A stretch of DNA of 64,000 nt from Lingula anatina (lineage: Eukaryota > Animalia > Brachiopoda): assembly GCA_051362555.1 (NCBI GenBank), contig CM120646.1:7750001-7814000 (forward strand), given 5' to 3'. The notes beneath the pieces are model-generated. The model was not told where the DNA came from. It saw nothing but the letters and a program-made list of their open reading frames with translations, and ran no database searches. This document shows, piece after piece, positions 13,697 to 28,700 of the stretch (its first letter is position 1; each line of letters begins with the position of its first letter). Made by a program: the position numbers and the translations under genes.

Positions 13697-14134
13697 GGGG
13701 GCGTCTCGATAGTCCGAAGGTTCATTGGTCCGAAGGTTCATTGGTCTGAAAAGTGGTAACATTTTCATCGATTTTTTAATCAAGGGTTCATTGGTCCGAA
13801 GGTTCATTGGTCCGAAAAGTGGTAACATTTTCATCGATTTTTTAATCAAGGGTTCATTGGTCCGAAGGTTCATTGGTCCGAAAAGTGGTAACATTTTCAT
13901 CGATTTTTTAATCAAGGGTTCATTGGTCCGAAGGTTCATTGGTCCGAAAAGTGGTAACATTTTCATCGATTTTTTAATCAAGGGTTCATTGGTCCGAAGG
14001 TTCATTGGTCCGAAAAGTGGTAACATTTTCATCGATTTTTTAATCAAGGGTTCATTGGTCCGAAGGTTCTATAGTGAACATTCGGACCAATGAACCTTCG
14101 GACTATTGAACCTTCGGACTATCGCTACGGCCCC
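13697..14134. mobile_element. Foldback-like non-autonomous DNA transposon with an internal 66-bp tandem array (~5 units)
   Basis: TIRs GGGGGCGTCTCGATAGTCCGAAGGTTCA and revcomp GGGGCCGTAGCGATAGTCCGAAGGTTCA. 8-bp TSD TTATACAG (13689-13696, 14135-14142). The 66-bp unit explains the 22-aa repeated ORFs on both strands. Confidence 0.85.
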
Positions 14135-14915
14135 TTATACAGAACGGTTTTAGTTTCGATATGCACTGAGTGTGTATCACGTGGGTTTCTGTTTAAAGTC
14201 GGTCAATTACGAGAACATATATCTGCAACTATTTATATTTAGCATTATATCCTGCCCCATACAGTGTCAGAGACCGCACTGCTTTACTGAACGCGGCCAC
14301 TTGAATTTATGGGACATCAACCCTCGGTTCCTATTAACTTGACCGTACTGTCCATTGAACATATAAATTATATAACAGTCATTGCCTACATTAATATCTG
14401 ATGAAAATCTTTTTTACATGCCCAGCATTAGTGTGTCTAGTATGTGTGAATACAGTTAGACTGAGAGGGAAATACAATAACAATTCTACGGGTTTTATTG
14501 TCCCAGAATGACAGTAATTTATGATGCCGAAGCGGAAGAGACTTATTAGCTGTTTCTTCCTTTGATACGTGAAATGCAGGTGACATTAAACGAACTGACT
14601 CAGTTTTCCACGTGTTCAGATTTTATTTTCATTTGCTTATGTTTTCCATGTGTATATCAAGTGATATAATGTAATAACATGAAAATGTAAGAAAATTATT
14701 CAAACGAGTAATGTTGTTAAATACGCCTATCCAAACAACGTGCTCAATTCATTCTGTTAAATTGAAATTGGTCCATACATTCGTCTCTAGTATAGAAATT
14801 GAGGAGCATTCGATTAAAAGTGTAGCAAACGTGATGGGAAGAATGCAGTTGCATTATAAGTCCCAACTAACGCATTCCGTCTCGTCAAGCACAAAGATCT
14901 CCGACGAATTCGGGC

Positions 14916-14950
<35 letters not shown>

Positions 14951-15399
14951 TTTTGTTTGTTTTTGTTTTTTTTTTTTCACTGATATACTTATGACAATTT
15001 CTGATATTCAAAAGTCAAATAAATACAAATAAAACAAATATAGAAAGCGTTTACATAGATATACCACGGTTATAGGGTATGTGTTTTCTAATCTTAATAT
15101 ATGGTAAACTATAAAATAAGGTCGGGGTCAACGTTTTTAGCTCATTTTATGACTAAAACAACTGTTGTAGCACTCTTCAACAAAAACCCATGAAACAGGT
15201 TTTTTACACTTCAAAGTAAAATCTGATCAAAATTTAAAACAAAACAGAAAGAAACTCCCTCTAGCTTTTTCCATGTACTTGTATTTGCCAATTGATATAA
15301 CATTGCCAATTGATATAACAATTGATATAACAAATTCCCCGTGGGACTGCACAACAACCGTAGATTTAGCTATCAATATTTCTCTTTATTATCATTATA

Positions 15400-15620
15400 C
15401 ACGTCTTGCCCAACATTTCCAATAACTGCAATAGATTTCCAAACATGTCTCTGTCGACTTTGGCTGAAAACTTCCATATCGTATTTGTGTATCCCCTGCC
15501 TTGAGACGATTATTGCCACTGTTACGTCCAACATGTTTAGATAGGGTAGTAATGCCACGTTTACCTTACTCAATACTTTTCTTCCAAATTAACGTCCCAG
15601 AGCACATCAAGAGTGAACTA
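15400..15620 (-). mobile_element. Possible RTE-type LINE 3' remnant
   Basis: Minus-strand translation fragments (IE*GKRG..., SRQRHVWKSI) loosely resemble the RTE ORF2 C-terminus. Very decayed. Confidence 0.25.
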
Positions 15621-18600
15621 ACAAAGACCTTTTACTAGAAAACACCTCTGCACGCGGAATGTCTACACAATGAAAGGTCACGCGCTAAAACGTATTGCAT
15701 ACAACCTTTTAATAGGGGAACAGAAATCTTTGCATAAGTCTTTTTCATTTCAGGGTCATTCCATAGTTCAAACCATTTGTGACTCCTTACAATTAGCCGC
15801 TTTTCTGTGGATTTTTATATTGCAGTTTAAAAATTCAAAACGACATGTACGGTGTACGTCTGCCTCTTTAGGTCGGGTATCACTTCAGAATGAAATATTC
15901 GAGTGTTTTTATTTTTATTTTCTTTTGTTATGTTAAAACGTTTTCTCGAAGAAGATAAAGTCAAATAAGTGATGAGATCCATTTTGTTGAATGCAACTTG
16001 AATGCAACTTTTTGAAAAATCCAGTCATCCTTGGGATAATGAGTGGTGTTTTCTTCGACATTACTTTACAGTGCCTGTTGCGGGCCACATTATTCTAAAA
16101 ATTCACTCAAGCAGTCGAACCTCCTTTCATTCTTTGCAATAAGGATTAGCCTGGTTTTTTTTAAAGGTCTTAAAATGGTTATGCTAGCTATAGGCTAGTG
16201 CAGGCGGATCTCATTAACGCGAAAAGGGAATTATTTTATTTAATGAAAATAAGAAATATTCTTTAAAAAAATTCTTCAAGTTTGTTTTTCAATAAGGTTT
16301 TGAGAAGACTGCGGTTTGTTAAATATTCTGCGTTTTATCATTAATGTATAGAGAATAATCCACGTTCATGTCTCATTCGTAGTCCACGTTAAAGGTTTTT
16401 GTAGGTACTGGTACATCAGTATCTTGAGCAAACCATCAATATCTTATCATAGGCGTATGAAGAGGACGCCATACTTCCTTGATTGCAATTGTGATATATC
16501 ATACATGTAAAATTTTATTTCTCAGCATTTCTGACATCAACATCTGTCAACATACATCTAAAATACTTCGGGTTCGACAAGAACGCATGTACCATTTTCC
16601 CATTTCTTTCCACGGGTTTAGATTAATTTATGACTGAGTTCGAAGAAGAATGATGACCAAAATGTCTTCCAGCCCTCCAGCTCACGCATTTAACTTATAG
16701 CGGCAAAAATGTAGCCAGGACATCTTGCATTAAGATGTATTGGAAAGCGACCGTTAGTATAAGCAAACACGGGACTATTTGTAATAGTTTTCCTTTAGCT
16801 ATTTCCGACCGTTACAACTTTTACGTGTTCTATATACAGCTCCGAGGTTAAATCAACAATCTACATTTATATCGCTTTCTTAATGTGTTGTCAAATATAA
16901 TAACCTTGAGCGTGACCTAATAGAACTTTAACAAACACACAATGATAAATACCTAGGTCCTCATTGGTCAGCTTTTCCCGCCGTTATTTGCTGTTTGTTT
17001 AAGGCTAAGTACTAGGGGGGTAAAATCTACTTAAACTTTGTCGGGCATTTATGTCGTAGTGCGAGGGTGTAAAAGCTGTCAAATAACGGGGGAGGATTAA
17101 CAAGGCAGGATTGTAAGCGTGCGTATGTGTGTCCATACACTACTGCTGCACAAATATTGTATTCATATTTCATTACAACAAGCACTTGTTGTAACATTTA
17201 TCACATTTAGATACTCTTACAGAGTCGAGTGTATCGGACTATATAAATGCGACCACTATTATCTCTCATAACCAAAGAGTCGTGTATTATATTGACTTAA
17301 ACTCATTTGGCGATGGTTTTATAAAACTGTGTAGAGGTCTCTTTATAGCCCTTGGAACGTATGAAGCAAACGAAAAGTCCCAAAAGCAATATCAAGGTTA
17401 AGATTGAAATATGTGTCGAATTCAATTAAATTTCCAACAGGGATTTTTTATGGATTTGCATGGGAGTATTTACATTTATTACTCAATAAAACACTGTACA
17501 CAACACCGGGTTATTAACTGTGCAAATGTCCTCTTAGGACGTGGCGTTGAGGACCCCTGTTCGAGGACAAATCGAAGCTGAGTCAGCCCACGAAGCACGC
17601 GACAATTTTGAGCAGTCACCCTTAAACCTTTACTATCCGACATATATATGCAGATGAGCTGCCATTAAAGGAAAACTCATTTCAATAAACTGTCACGTGT
17701 GTTCCATGTGGCAAAGCAGGACGCGTCTGTATTGTTTGATTAGCATGAATCATACATTTTGAATTGCCGATCAATTGATACAGTGCAGGCGGCGCTTATA
17801 ACCTTTAAAATCGATTCGTTATGTTCACAGCGCATGCGCAGTAGAACCTCCACACTCGCTGGCCGCAAAGCTAGGAGGAAGGGCGGGATAATCATTGAAC
17901 ACAAAGTCGACTGTAAAAAAAAATCATTCTGATTACTTAATTCAGTTTTAATATACGGTTCTTTTAGTTCATTTGTTTTTATACAAAATTATTCCAGTAT
18001 TGTTTTTTTTTTTTTTTTTTTTTTTTGTCGCTTTTTCTTGTTTTCATTTTTTCGTCTGTCCACCCTATATGTTAGTTGGTCCTTGACGTTATCGTTGATT
18101 CAAAATCACTTGTTCTTAGAAGAAATAAAAACTGTTTACTTTATCCTTTCATCGTTTACTAGCAGTACTGATTCCTTATCAGCTTGTTAGTTTAATTTGA
18201 TCATAAACTGGAGGATTAAATAGCTATACAGATAGCAAAATTACTCTTTGATGCCTAAACATAATAATTTCCCCAGCGTTGTTGACAATTTTAGAGGTAA
18301 GGTAGAGACCAATTTTCGTCGATAGTGCCGTCGCCTATAGTATTAAACCGCCTGACACCTCCTCTTTACGACCTGGCCTCTATAAAACTTTATTTGTATT
18401 GCGTTTTAAGTGTTTGTGAGCTGGGGAGATGAAGACATCTAGTCGCGTCTAGTTAAGGCATGATATATACTTTACCATCCCGGACATTACACCTTTTATC
18501 GCAGGCAGGTGTTTAAGATAACTTCACAATGAATATAATGCGTGATGCATGTCTTTAAGACGAGACGCGGTCAACAAATAGCGCGGGGGGTGATGACACG

Positions 18601-19173
18601 GGCTTAAGTTTGACCTGTGTCCACAAATATCGGGTCAACAAAGATGTGTAAAGGCGATGGGCCGGGGGAGGAAATGGGCCTTTCATGCAAAAAAGAATTC
18701 AAAGCCGGGAACACACAATGAACGGCATATGCAGCCGATCTGATTTCGCGTCAAAGAACGAGTGAGGATTTCTGGTACTGGGGGTGGGGGTGGGGGTGGG
18801 GGGGTTACAAAGAATGCATAATAGGTAGAAATGGCGAAGGTTATAAGAGCTTCGCAAAGTGCCTGTTAAAACTTATAATGAAAGATCCCCCACAGCATCA
18901 ACACAATAAAGTACATCACACTTTAATTTTGATTAAACTAGGAAGTATAAAAGCATTTCTTTCAATGGGACTAACAGCGCACATGGCGCGGAGATTAATC
19001 ACACAAGGATATTTAATTAAAATGTCAGTCACATAGACACTATCGCATGCAGGTACGGTAGTAGTGCAACCTATTTCAATTATCTCCCCACATCACAATA
19101 GACCCTTGAGAGTGATGCTAAGTTTAATCTAATCAAGTTTTTTACGATGCAGGAAGGCACACTGGCGCTAACG

Positions 19174-19211
<38 letters not shown>

Positions 19212-20126
19212 GATGATTGTAATTTTATTTACACAATAGAGTTTGTATACCCATAAAATAAGCAAAAGTTTATCATCCTTGATCCACTCTTTGCCAGATT
19301 GCTGTTTATTGATGTCAGAAATATATACATGTAACGGGACTGAATGACGAATAGATACATGTGCCAATCTGGAGATGTACAGGTCTACACATCTTTATTC
19401 TGTATTTCATTTTAGCAGGTTACACATGAGAATGCAAAGTGATTTAACGACCACTACATCAAATTAAGCATAAAAAGGAACGACATTTCTTTGGACCTGG
19501 ATTGATAAGCGTTCTACGTGGACATGACGGAGGCAAAATTTGACCAAATTCAAGTTATCATTACAACGGATTCCAGCAAATAAATATCGAATATATTTCT
19601 TTTCTGTGACAAGTTGGTATATTTTGCAATAAATTCTAGTTAAAAGATTTAAAAAAGTAACAACACTACTTATTGACTGCAAACCAGTTAAAAGCAGAAC
19701 TCTTCCACATATGCACAATACCAAAACATCGACCGTCCTTAATACCACTTGTGCACACCTGTCCGCGTCTGCGATCGACCATGACAAACATGTCTCTTCA
19801 CTGGAGAAATGCGCCCCGCTCGGCGTCGAGATAATTATTTTGTCAGTGACCTTAAAAACCATTCAATCGGTTAAGAATGCGTAAAACCTTCTACAAGGAT
19901 ATCCAGGTAGACAGCATTGTTGGCGTGTTTTTGTATTATTATTCATGATTGATGACGTCACCAGCGTCCCCATCTGATTAAGTCAACATTCCCAGACATC
20001 CTCACCTGTGGCACACTTTGAACTGTGCTTTGAAAAGCTTAACCGCCGTGAACGCCATTTTGAAACCGGTCCACGCTGTGAGAGGTCTTACTCCCAGGGA
20101 GCTGTCGAGATTACATCAAGGAGACG

Positions 20127-20187
20127 ATGAAGGGGTTTCTAGTAGCGATCTGTATTCTGTGCTGCTATAGCACACGCCTAGCTACAG
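20127..20187 (+). CDS. R1 signal-peptide exon
   Basis: ATG context GAGACGATGAAG resembles the R2 leader (GAAGACGATGAAG). Hydrophobic core and phase-1 donor ACAG/gtaggt. Confidence 0.7.
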
Positions 20188-22704
20188 GTAGGTGTAGCCG
20201 GTGTATATGTAGGTCAGCTTAATACACCTGACCCAGCTGTTTGCTTCGTCATTTATAATGATTCGAACGATTAAACTGGTCACGGATTGATTCAAATTAA
20301 GATAAATGGACCTTAGTTTGCTCGCTTTAACTGTAATCAACAAGAGCATCTAATGGTGCGTCAAGTGTTAAACGATTCTAAAACACCGTTAAGAACGGAT
20401 TAAGTTGTCACCTGAATCGACCCTCCCCGTAAAAAATGTTTACGACGAAGGCATTTTCATTCAGGCAACGACGGCGACTGGGTTAAATTGCCTCAGCGTA
20501 GAAATCTACATAACGGTTAAACAGTGTTAAAATTGATTTCGCCTTAGGTATTTGGTGGGGGGGGGGGGGGGTGATGAAAAAGGTTAAACGTTAAATTCAG
20601 TCACGATTATAAAACTCGTTGAAGCCCGCACTCGTGGATAATTGATAAGAGAAAAAAGTGAAACCTGCAAAATAGCAGGGTAAACCCCCTTTCTTAGCAT
20701 CCTGGTCTATCGATTTAAAGCCTGTTAGGGGGTTAGTGATGGACCTTTTCAGTATTAATTCTACCAGCGCATTCCCCTTACGAAAAAAAGTCCTATTGGA
20801 TCCTATACAAAATTGGGCCAATTTCCTATAGAATCCTATGGGATCCTATATAGGACTTTTTCGTAAACTGGTGCCGATAACGGGATGATATACACTGCAT
20901 TTGAGGTCGAGATGGAAATGATTCCGTCTGTGTGAAGCCAGGGCTAAAATTCTGAAGCCTTGACTTATGACCCGTGGCTTCTGTAACTGTCCCTTTTTAG
21001 CAGCTATTGTTTGAGCTACATCATTTATTTCCCTATACTGAGACCGAAATAGAAACAGAATCCGACATCCTGATGTAGGAGAAATTATTAAAACAGCCAC
21101 ACTGTAGTTTAAACAGTTCACGCCAAATGAAAGTGGAGACTCGTGTTTCGATGACTAGGTCGATAAGAAATCATTAAAGCAAATATTAAAGTGATATCGC
21201 TTTAAAAAGGGGTCGCAACTTAAATTAAACGGTTAATAATGAAATGGTCAAATTATGGCAGACCAAAACATGAAGAAATGCTGTTTACACGACAAAAAAA
21301 AAACTTATGCTGCGGCATGCCACGAGCATGAGCACATGAACAATAACCTGGTGCAGATTAAGTCATTAAATCCATATGTAATACAGATATAATCTAGGGC
21401 AACCCTCCCCATACCATTCCATAGTACACTATCTGCCATGTTGGATATCGCGAACGGATTTGATTGGCAAATCGGCCTTGGACTTCAAGTCAAAGTGTAC
21501 AACAAACAATATGACATGAGATTAATATGCAGACCCCTTGGTGTTCAAATAGCGGTGTGCGTTTGTAATTTCTGTCCTACTCAACTGATATGAAATATTA
21601 CAATTAGCTCAATTAACTCTATAGGTCCCAGCGAATAGCAAAATCGAGGCATCAATACTAAAGCAGACGAATTTATCATATTTCGTTTCATGAGTAAAAT
21701 GCAGTCCTCTAGGTGAAATATTGTTGACAAATTGCGTCCAGGTTGGTCGTGAATTAGGTAAAAAAGTGTATTGCATCTTTGGGGAAGCCTGGGTCGCTGT
21801 CGTCCAAGGTCAGCGGTTTTATCAGGGGTGAAAGCTAGGGTAATGGCCCCTAGGGTGTGATGACTGGAGAGAAATACCACTTGAAATGATGACCTTTTTG
21901 TCTGGTTCCACCCCCACCGATCAGCCTCTCTTTGGTAAAACCTGCTTATAATATATCATCAATCTTACGTGTGCAAGTCAATATATCTTTGGAAAAAATT
22001 ACAACGGATGACTGCTCTTTTAGTTCAGCTGAATATAAACCAAGGACGTACTAATATTAATGCTTTCTATAGCCAGAACAAATAAAAGCGAGCACTGAAA
22101 TGCCTGCCCTTGCTAAATCCGATAAACCTTGAGGATATCCTGGTATTAATAGAAAAATAAAATTTCCTGATTCGTTCATCGATAACTTTCAAAGTATTCA
22201 TAAAAAATACAAACCCCTTTCTTCAGTGATATGTTTGTGCCTCGCATTATCATGAAGAAATAAAATCCCACCTGTTTAAAAAAGGTCATTAATATGAATG
22301 TAACTGCATCGAGTCTACTACATTAATATCCATACAGACACTGAATTATTCAGTGTGCCTTTTATAAAATACTGTATCATATGCAATAATATACTTATTC
22401 TTGCATACCCTTTCAATCACATGACCGTGGAGTGCATAAAGAAAACGTGCATTCGAATGCAGGCATTGTCATAGAATGACACACTGCTTATAAATTTTTA
22501 ATTCCATATCGTATCAGTAAATACCATGGCCTCGATCACTTACTAATCAATGTGTTATTCACTGACTCAGCTGGGACAGTGTGTGGTAGAGTAGTCTGTG
22601 TGATAAGATAGGGAATGAGAGGAAGATAACCTTGCTCTGCTAACCTCCACCTTGGGGTTTGAATGTCTCCTATATACTGCCTTTATATCTAAAAAAATCA
22701 ATCT

Positions 22705-22787
<83 letters not shown>

Positions 22788-25700
22788 TTGACACAACAAG
22801 CTCACACACACACAGACTGGCAAAACAACAAGCACACGCACACAGACGTGGGCCTATATGCAGACACACCTGTTCAACTTATACATTCCTTAGTCAAGTA
22901 TCCATACATTTATACAATGTGATTCTTGTAACTGCAATCTGAGTCAGCCTATATTACATCCATTATGCAGTGTAGGCATATTTGTCATACGCAGAGGTTG
23001 TCATGCACTAAGTTAATACCTAAAGTTGCCTTAACACCTGAGTTCTAATACATAACAGCACAGCAAACCGAACACTGTAAAATTATCACTATTACTTGGT
23101 CTTCCCAAGCTGAAGGTGTGAAGTTTCTCATAACACGTGTTGTGACAATGGTCAAACTTAATCCTATATCGAAAAGAGTCCCCCTATTTTCGCTTAAGGG
23201 TTAAGGGGCCCATCAATGAAGGCATAAAACTTTTTTCCCATGATAACTTGACAAATCAGAATCTGCATATGAATAGGCTAGAGGTTAATTAATTAAATCG
23301 TGACAGACTTCGTGCCTGTAGTATATTGATACTCCCCAAGGTTGTTCAAGTTGCTATGGACTACGTGTGGTAGTGATATGCTATCTAGACTCGAACGATT
23401 GGCGTTTGCAGTCACAGTGCAAACGGGTAACGGGCACAATATTTTGGAAAATATGATAAAAAGCAAATCCTGTAAGTCCAACCGTAATGTGGGGGGTAGG
23501 GGCGGGGGTAATTGCCAAGTTGAAAAAGACGGAAAGATGCGAAGGGGGGGGGGGGGGGGGTAACAAACAGACGAAGCAGACAGTGATCCCCTCTGTTTAG
23601 AATGATAAGAATGCCTTAAGCCAATAAAAAAACTGATAAAGGGTGACGCTGTGCACGCCATTAATATGTGGAACACTTTGAGAGGCGAATAAATAAAAAA
23701 GACGCTTACACTCCCACGTTAATGGAAACTTTGCTGACTCGATGTTGGTAAATATTACACAGCTATTAACCACAACATTCCTGTCAGAATTATATTGAAA
23801 GGCTGAATCATTTCTAAATACAAATGTACTCTCGTTAAAAGCATTTCGAAGAGTAAAAAAAAATAAAGATTTTTTCAATGAAGAGAACAAAAGTTACAAC
23901 TTATTGCATTTAAATCAGACGAGTGAGTCATCTAATTTATAGTAAACAAGCTCAGAGATATGCAAAGCAAACAAAGACCTACGTGTACATTTAATTATTA
24001 AGCTATACACAACTATGTGTGTTAATTCATATGTTTCGTTTATCCGGCTAGACCACAGGTAGAAATGCCGCGTAACTTTATAGTTGAAATATTACACTTA
24101 TACCGTTACGTGAAAGTGGCGGATTCAAGATATCCCGAACAAGGCAGTGGGAGGGGGGAGGGGCTTACATTTATACTGCCAACAATACCTAAGTATCTCC
24201 CACATGATCCTAACTATAAGAAATAGGGCCTAAAGACTTAAAGTTTTCTCTCCCTCCCCGTATCCCCATTTTTTATGTAATGATAAATACTGAATTATCA
24301 CTTATGTACTTGGCACATTTCACTTAAACTTATTACTAAATACTACATATTATATCCACTAGGTAATATGTAGTGAAGGGTGAACTTTAAATGTGGTTAG
24401 GTGTATTACCTTGCGTTATTTTCTTTCCTTTGATACCAAAATAATTCTTCACTGCGTTTGTCACATATGTTAGTACATTTATATGTAACAGAAACATGTA
24501 GGTGTTGTGTGACACGGTGGTACAAGACATGAAAATGGTGTATTAACTATCAACCATAGATGTATGCACGACATCATAATGCTTTTCGTTTGAAAATAGC
24601 AACTGATACAGAAAGTTTTGATTTGGCGTTGCGATATCTCTTCAAATATATTGCAAGTGAGATTAAGAATTATCTCAATGTCGTGATCTCGTACATGTAT
24701 AACAGCGGTGTAGGGGTGATATCGAAAGGTGAATATTTCTTTATTTACTTATTAAAGACAGATTGTTATTACTAAAAACTTGATTAGCATGTGCGGCTTT
24801 ATCATACATCATTACAGGCTTATGTGAAGGTATAAAAACTTTATATGTGCTTGCCAAATAATCCGGCTGTAGTAGGTGTGACACGCGTAAGTTCTTATTT
24901 GGTTATTACTTAAATTGCATTGAATTAAAAATTGTCACCATATTATCGTGAAGGATCTTTAGCTTTATACCAGGTTGACAATATGATACAGAACAATAAT
25001 ATGTCGTTTGCCTGAAATCTGTGTCTTGAATGCCTACGTCAGGTGGTTATGACTGAAAATTGTCACGATCGAGAGAAAGGCGTTTTGCGTGACATTTCAA
25101 TGCTTCCTCTTGTTTTGCTTTTATGATGCACACAAAAAGTGACATGGCTGGTATTTCCTGACACAAAATTGTTTTCATTCCTTGCACAAAGTGTTAGTAC
25201 AAACATATCTATCGAAATAATTCCATTTTCTACTTTAAAGCGTAAAAACTTTACTTCTTTGAGCAAACATATCTATCGAAATAATTCCATTTTCTACTTT
25301 AAAGCGTAAAAACTTGACTGGAATATTAACAATATAAACTTCTGAAAAATTATTCGACCTTAAAGGACAATGCAATTAGCAATTATTATGGGGTTTTACA
25401 TTTGGAGGGTTGTAATTAAGCAACGTCTTTCAGAAAGGTATGAACAACTAAGGCCCTACTAATAAATGCGTGCAACATTTTTTTTTCAGAAAAATTAAAT
25501 AAACTTACCAAAATGTCAATGAAATATAGATTTTTAATACAGTGTCCTGCAGAAGATACTGCATCTTCATTCTGGGTCAAAAAATACCGTTTTCGTTTTT
25601 GAGCAAACTTTTTTCTGTACAAAAAGTTGGCTGATATCTATATATATATAGTCTGGGTAAGAAACACTATTCAAAAAGTTCAAATTGTGAACAGCTATTG

Positions 25701-28700
25701 TTTTTTTTATGGCATTAAAATGAATAACTTTTGTAAGCAAAGGGATCGAAGCACAGAGTGTGTAACCTGGTTTTAAATTTAAAAGATGATTCCTCTAAAC
25801 ATTACATAGTAATTAAAAAACGGGCCAATGATTGTCAAGATTAGAATTAAACTGTCACAGATCACTTTTTGTTGAGTTCAATTCAGGTGAACACATCATC
25901 AAAACTACCATTCGGTATTTTCAATTTACAACTCGACCCTTATGCATAATGCTTAAAAGTGCCTACTGTCTACAGAGGCGTCAATTCTATACACAATTTT
26001 TCACTGGACACAGTACAGACAAGTGCATAGAACAAGACAAGAAATAGCTGTGCACATTTAGTAAAAAAACTGGGACCTATTATATATGTACAATCAAAGC
26101 TGCGATGCTCAAGTACAAATGTATCTGAACCGAAGAGCCACGTTTTGTAACCAAAGAAAAATGCGAATACGCATTTTGCAATCAATTTTGTAAGTTTTAG
26201 GTAATTTTTAACTAGAAAGAATTATAGAGAAACCGCTACAGTGAATACATTTTGATATTTGGGGTTGATAGTCGCCTGGTGGGTCTATAATTTTCAGAAA
26301 TAAATATTTGAAAACTTTACTTCTTTGAGCATCCACCTGTACTGCTTTATATAATTGCTTGATTATAATGCTTCGAATATTATAATGAAGGTAGTCTATA
26401 TGCAACTTAAATAAATAATTCATGTTAATGTATTCTACAGGATTACAAGTAACATTAGCTGGTTTGCCTGTCAATGGGTACGTCATGAATCCTGAGGGAG
26501 GCAACCCACAACCACTAAACCTAGTGTGCAGTTACACAGTGGATCCAGGAGAGACGGCGACGTTTGTGACTTTTTTCAAAGATGGAACTGAAACAGCAAA
26601 TCAAATAGTAGCTATAAAGGCATCTGATGGAACTCCCAAGAAATTCAACAGCTATACCACTAGAGCTGATGTGACGGCTTCAGGCTCTGATCCATCATTC
26701 ACGTTAACTATCGGTGGAGTCACCATGGCAGATGAGGGGAGCTATAGGTGTCGTGTTAACACTGATTTCAATGTAGCCACCGTGACAACTGACGAGCAAA
26801 CCCTTAGTTTACTCTGTAAGTATGACACTGTGAAAGAAAAATGGTCAATTTCAGTCCGCAGAAAAACAAAACGATTATTGTGAAATAATGTAATGATAAG
26901 GAGTAGGAGCAGTCTTTACACCTTTAGTTTGTGACTTGGATTTGCGATTGTGTTCGCCAAGTTAACGACTAAAACCATTATTTTCTTGTGCGATTGAAAA
27001 AATACTTGTTGGGAGCACGCATTATAAACTGCCAACGATTTGGCCCGCTTTTATTCTTGACTTTCGCTATTTACGTAGGAGTTTTTTCTCCATCCTGAAC
27101 TTTTTTCAGTGGGGCGAATTATACGAGAAACTGATCATTTTGTCCACCCCAAAATGATTTTCCAGCGAGCTAAGTTTTGAGCACTAATAGTTGTTTCTTT
27201 ACTACCCAGGGCGTGACACCTCAGCCAAATTTAATACTTTCTATCCCTCAGCTGTTCACTGAAAGCATCGTCGGGAGCGTATCTAGACACCGACAGTTGA
27301 GGGAACTTGCATTTCACAGCTCAACATGTATTTTTATGATAGCACTATGAAATCGCGGTTTGAGTCATTAATTCGGCGATTGTAATCATAAACCACATGT
27401 CACCCAAGTGACAAAGGGCGATTTTGTTAATAATTCAGCTAAATAGTAGTAATGAAGCTCACGACAAACGTTCACAAAACACACTCCCGCATGCTGGTTA
27501 ATGTTAGAAGCAAAGTATTTTGAATTCTTTAAATTTCACCATTTTACAGATCGACCAAACCCACCCCAGATTACACGAGGGCCCGAAGTTGCCACAAACA
27601 CCTATCGGGTATCTTGTTCCTCTGACGGCGGCAGACCAGAACCTGAGATAAAATGGTTTAAAACGCAAACTTCTGATCAGATAGAGGTCGCGATAAATGC
27701 AACTGCGAACACAGTGACACCCCAGGGAGACACCTTTCTGGTTGAAAGTGAAGTAGAAGTGATGGCAACCCAAGCAGATCCAGTTGAAGTAATTTGCCAA
27801 CTACTGCACGATTCTCTTACAAGTCAGACCAAGACAAGTGTTATAGTTCCTGAAAGTGCTGGTATGTAAAAGAAATTGTGCATGTACGTGAATTTGCTCT
27901 TTGGTTGACAATCTGTCATATTTAATTGATACAAAAACACAAAAGTAAGATGTCTAGAGATTAAAAGCATGTGTCCAGATAGACACTTTTAGATTGCATG
28001 AATTCTTTTCAAACTGAATTTAAAAAATTCCCATCGCGTTCGTGCCTCATTTTATCGCTGTACATTTCAGATACATTCTGCTTTGCAATAGGCTGTACTT
28101 ATCATTGCATGACTGATGGCTATGATTCCACTTCTTTATGGGCTAGTAATTGATTGAATATTAAGTATTGCTTTATATGCTTTCTTTCAGCGCCATCGAC
28201 TACCATCACAGTAACAACTACAAATTCAACAGGTAGGTGACATTTACAATGCTTTTGCTTCAAAATCTTCTTACTCTTTTTATATTGATTCTAAGATACA
28301 CTTTTTCACAAATCAGAACATACAATCGTTAGACCAACAATCCAAAAGTGGTCAACTGGACATAATACGGTATTTTCTATTTCCACGAAGTCCACGAAAT
28401 TTCAAATTGAATATAATTGAGCACAGCGAACTTCCACATTGCTGCTATTCAGTGCATTGCAGTTTAGAGACTTGGCTTTTAGGTTTGTCTTAAAACCAAT
28501 GCACCCAAGAATTTTTATTTATCTTGCCATCTTAGTTATTAAAAGGCACGTAACTATCGTTCTGGTACGACTGATTACAGCTGAGTTTTACCCATTGATA
28601 GACAATTAAACAATTCTACTTTTTACTCCATTAGCAATTACTAGATGTTTGCCTTTTCTGCCAAATATTTGTTTGCAAAATTATAAAGCTTCCCAAAAAT

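Noticed and set aside
13529-14093. CRISPR-like array or repeat protein ORFs (172 aa and 122 aa)
   Set aside because: Units are near-identical with no unique spacers and lie inside a TSD-flanked TIR element. The ORFs follow from the 66-bp period.
22567-22942. ORFs with SLSL/THTH/RERE runs
   Set aside because: Translations of a microsatellite.
27504-27800. Recurrent antisense ORFs (also 47613-48008, 60534-60806, 10513-10845)
   Set aside because: Shadows of real exons on the opposite strand. Their similarity comes from the paralogous exons.
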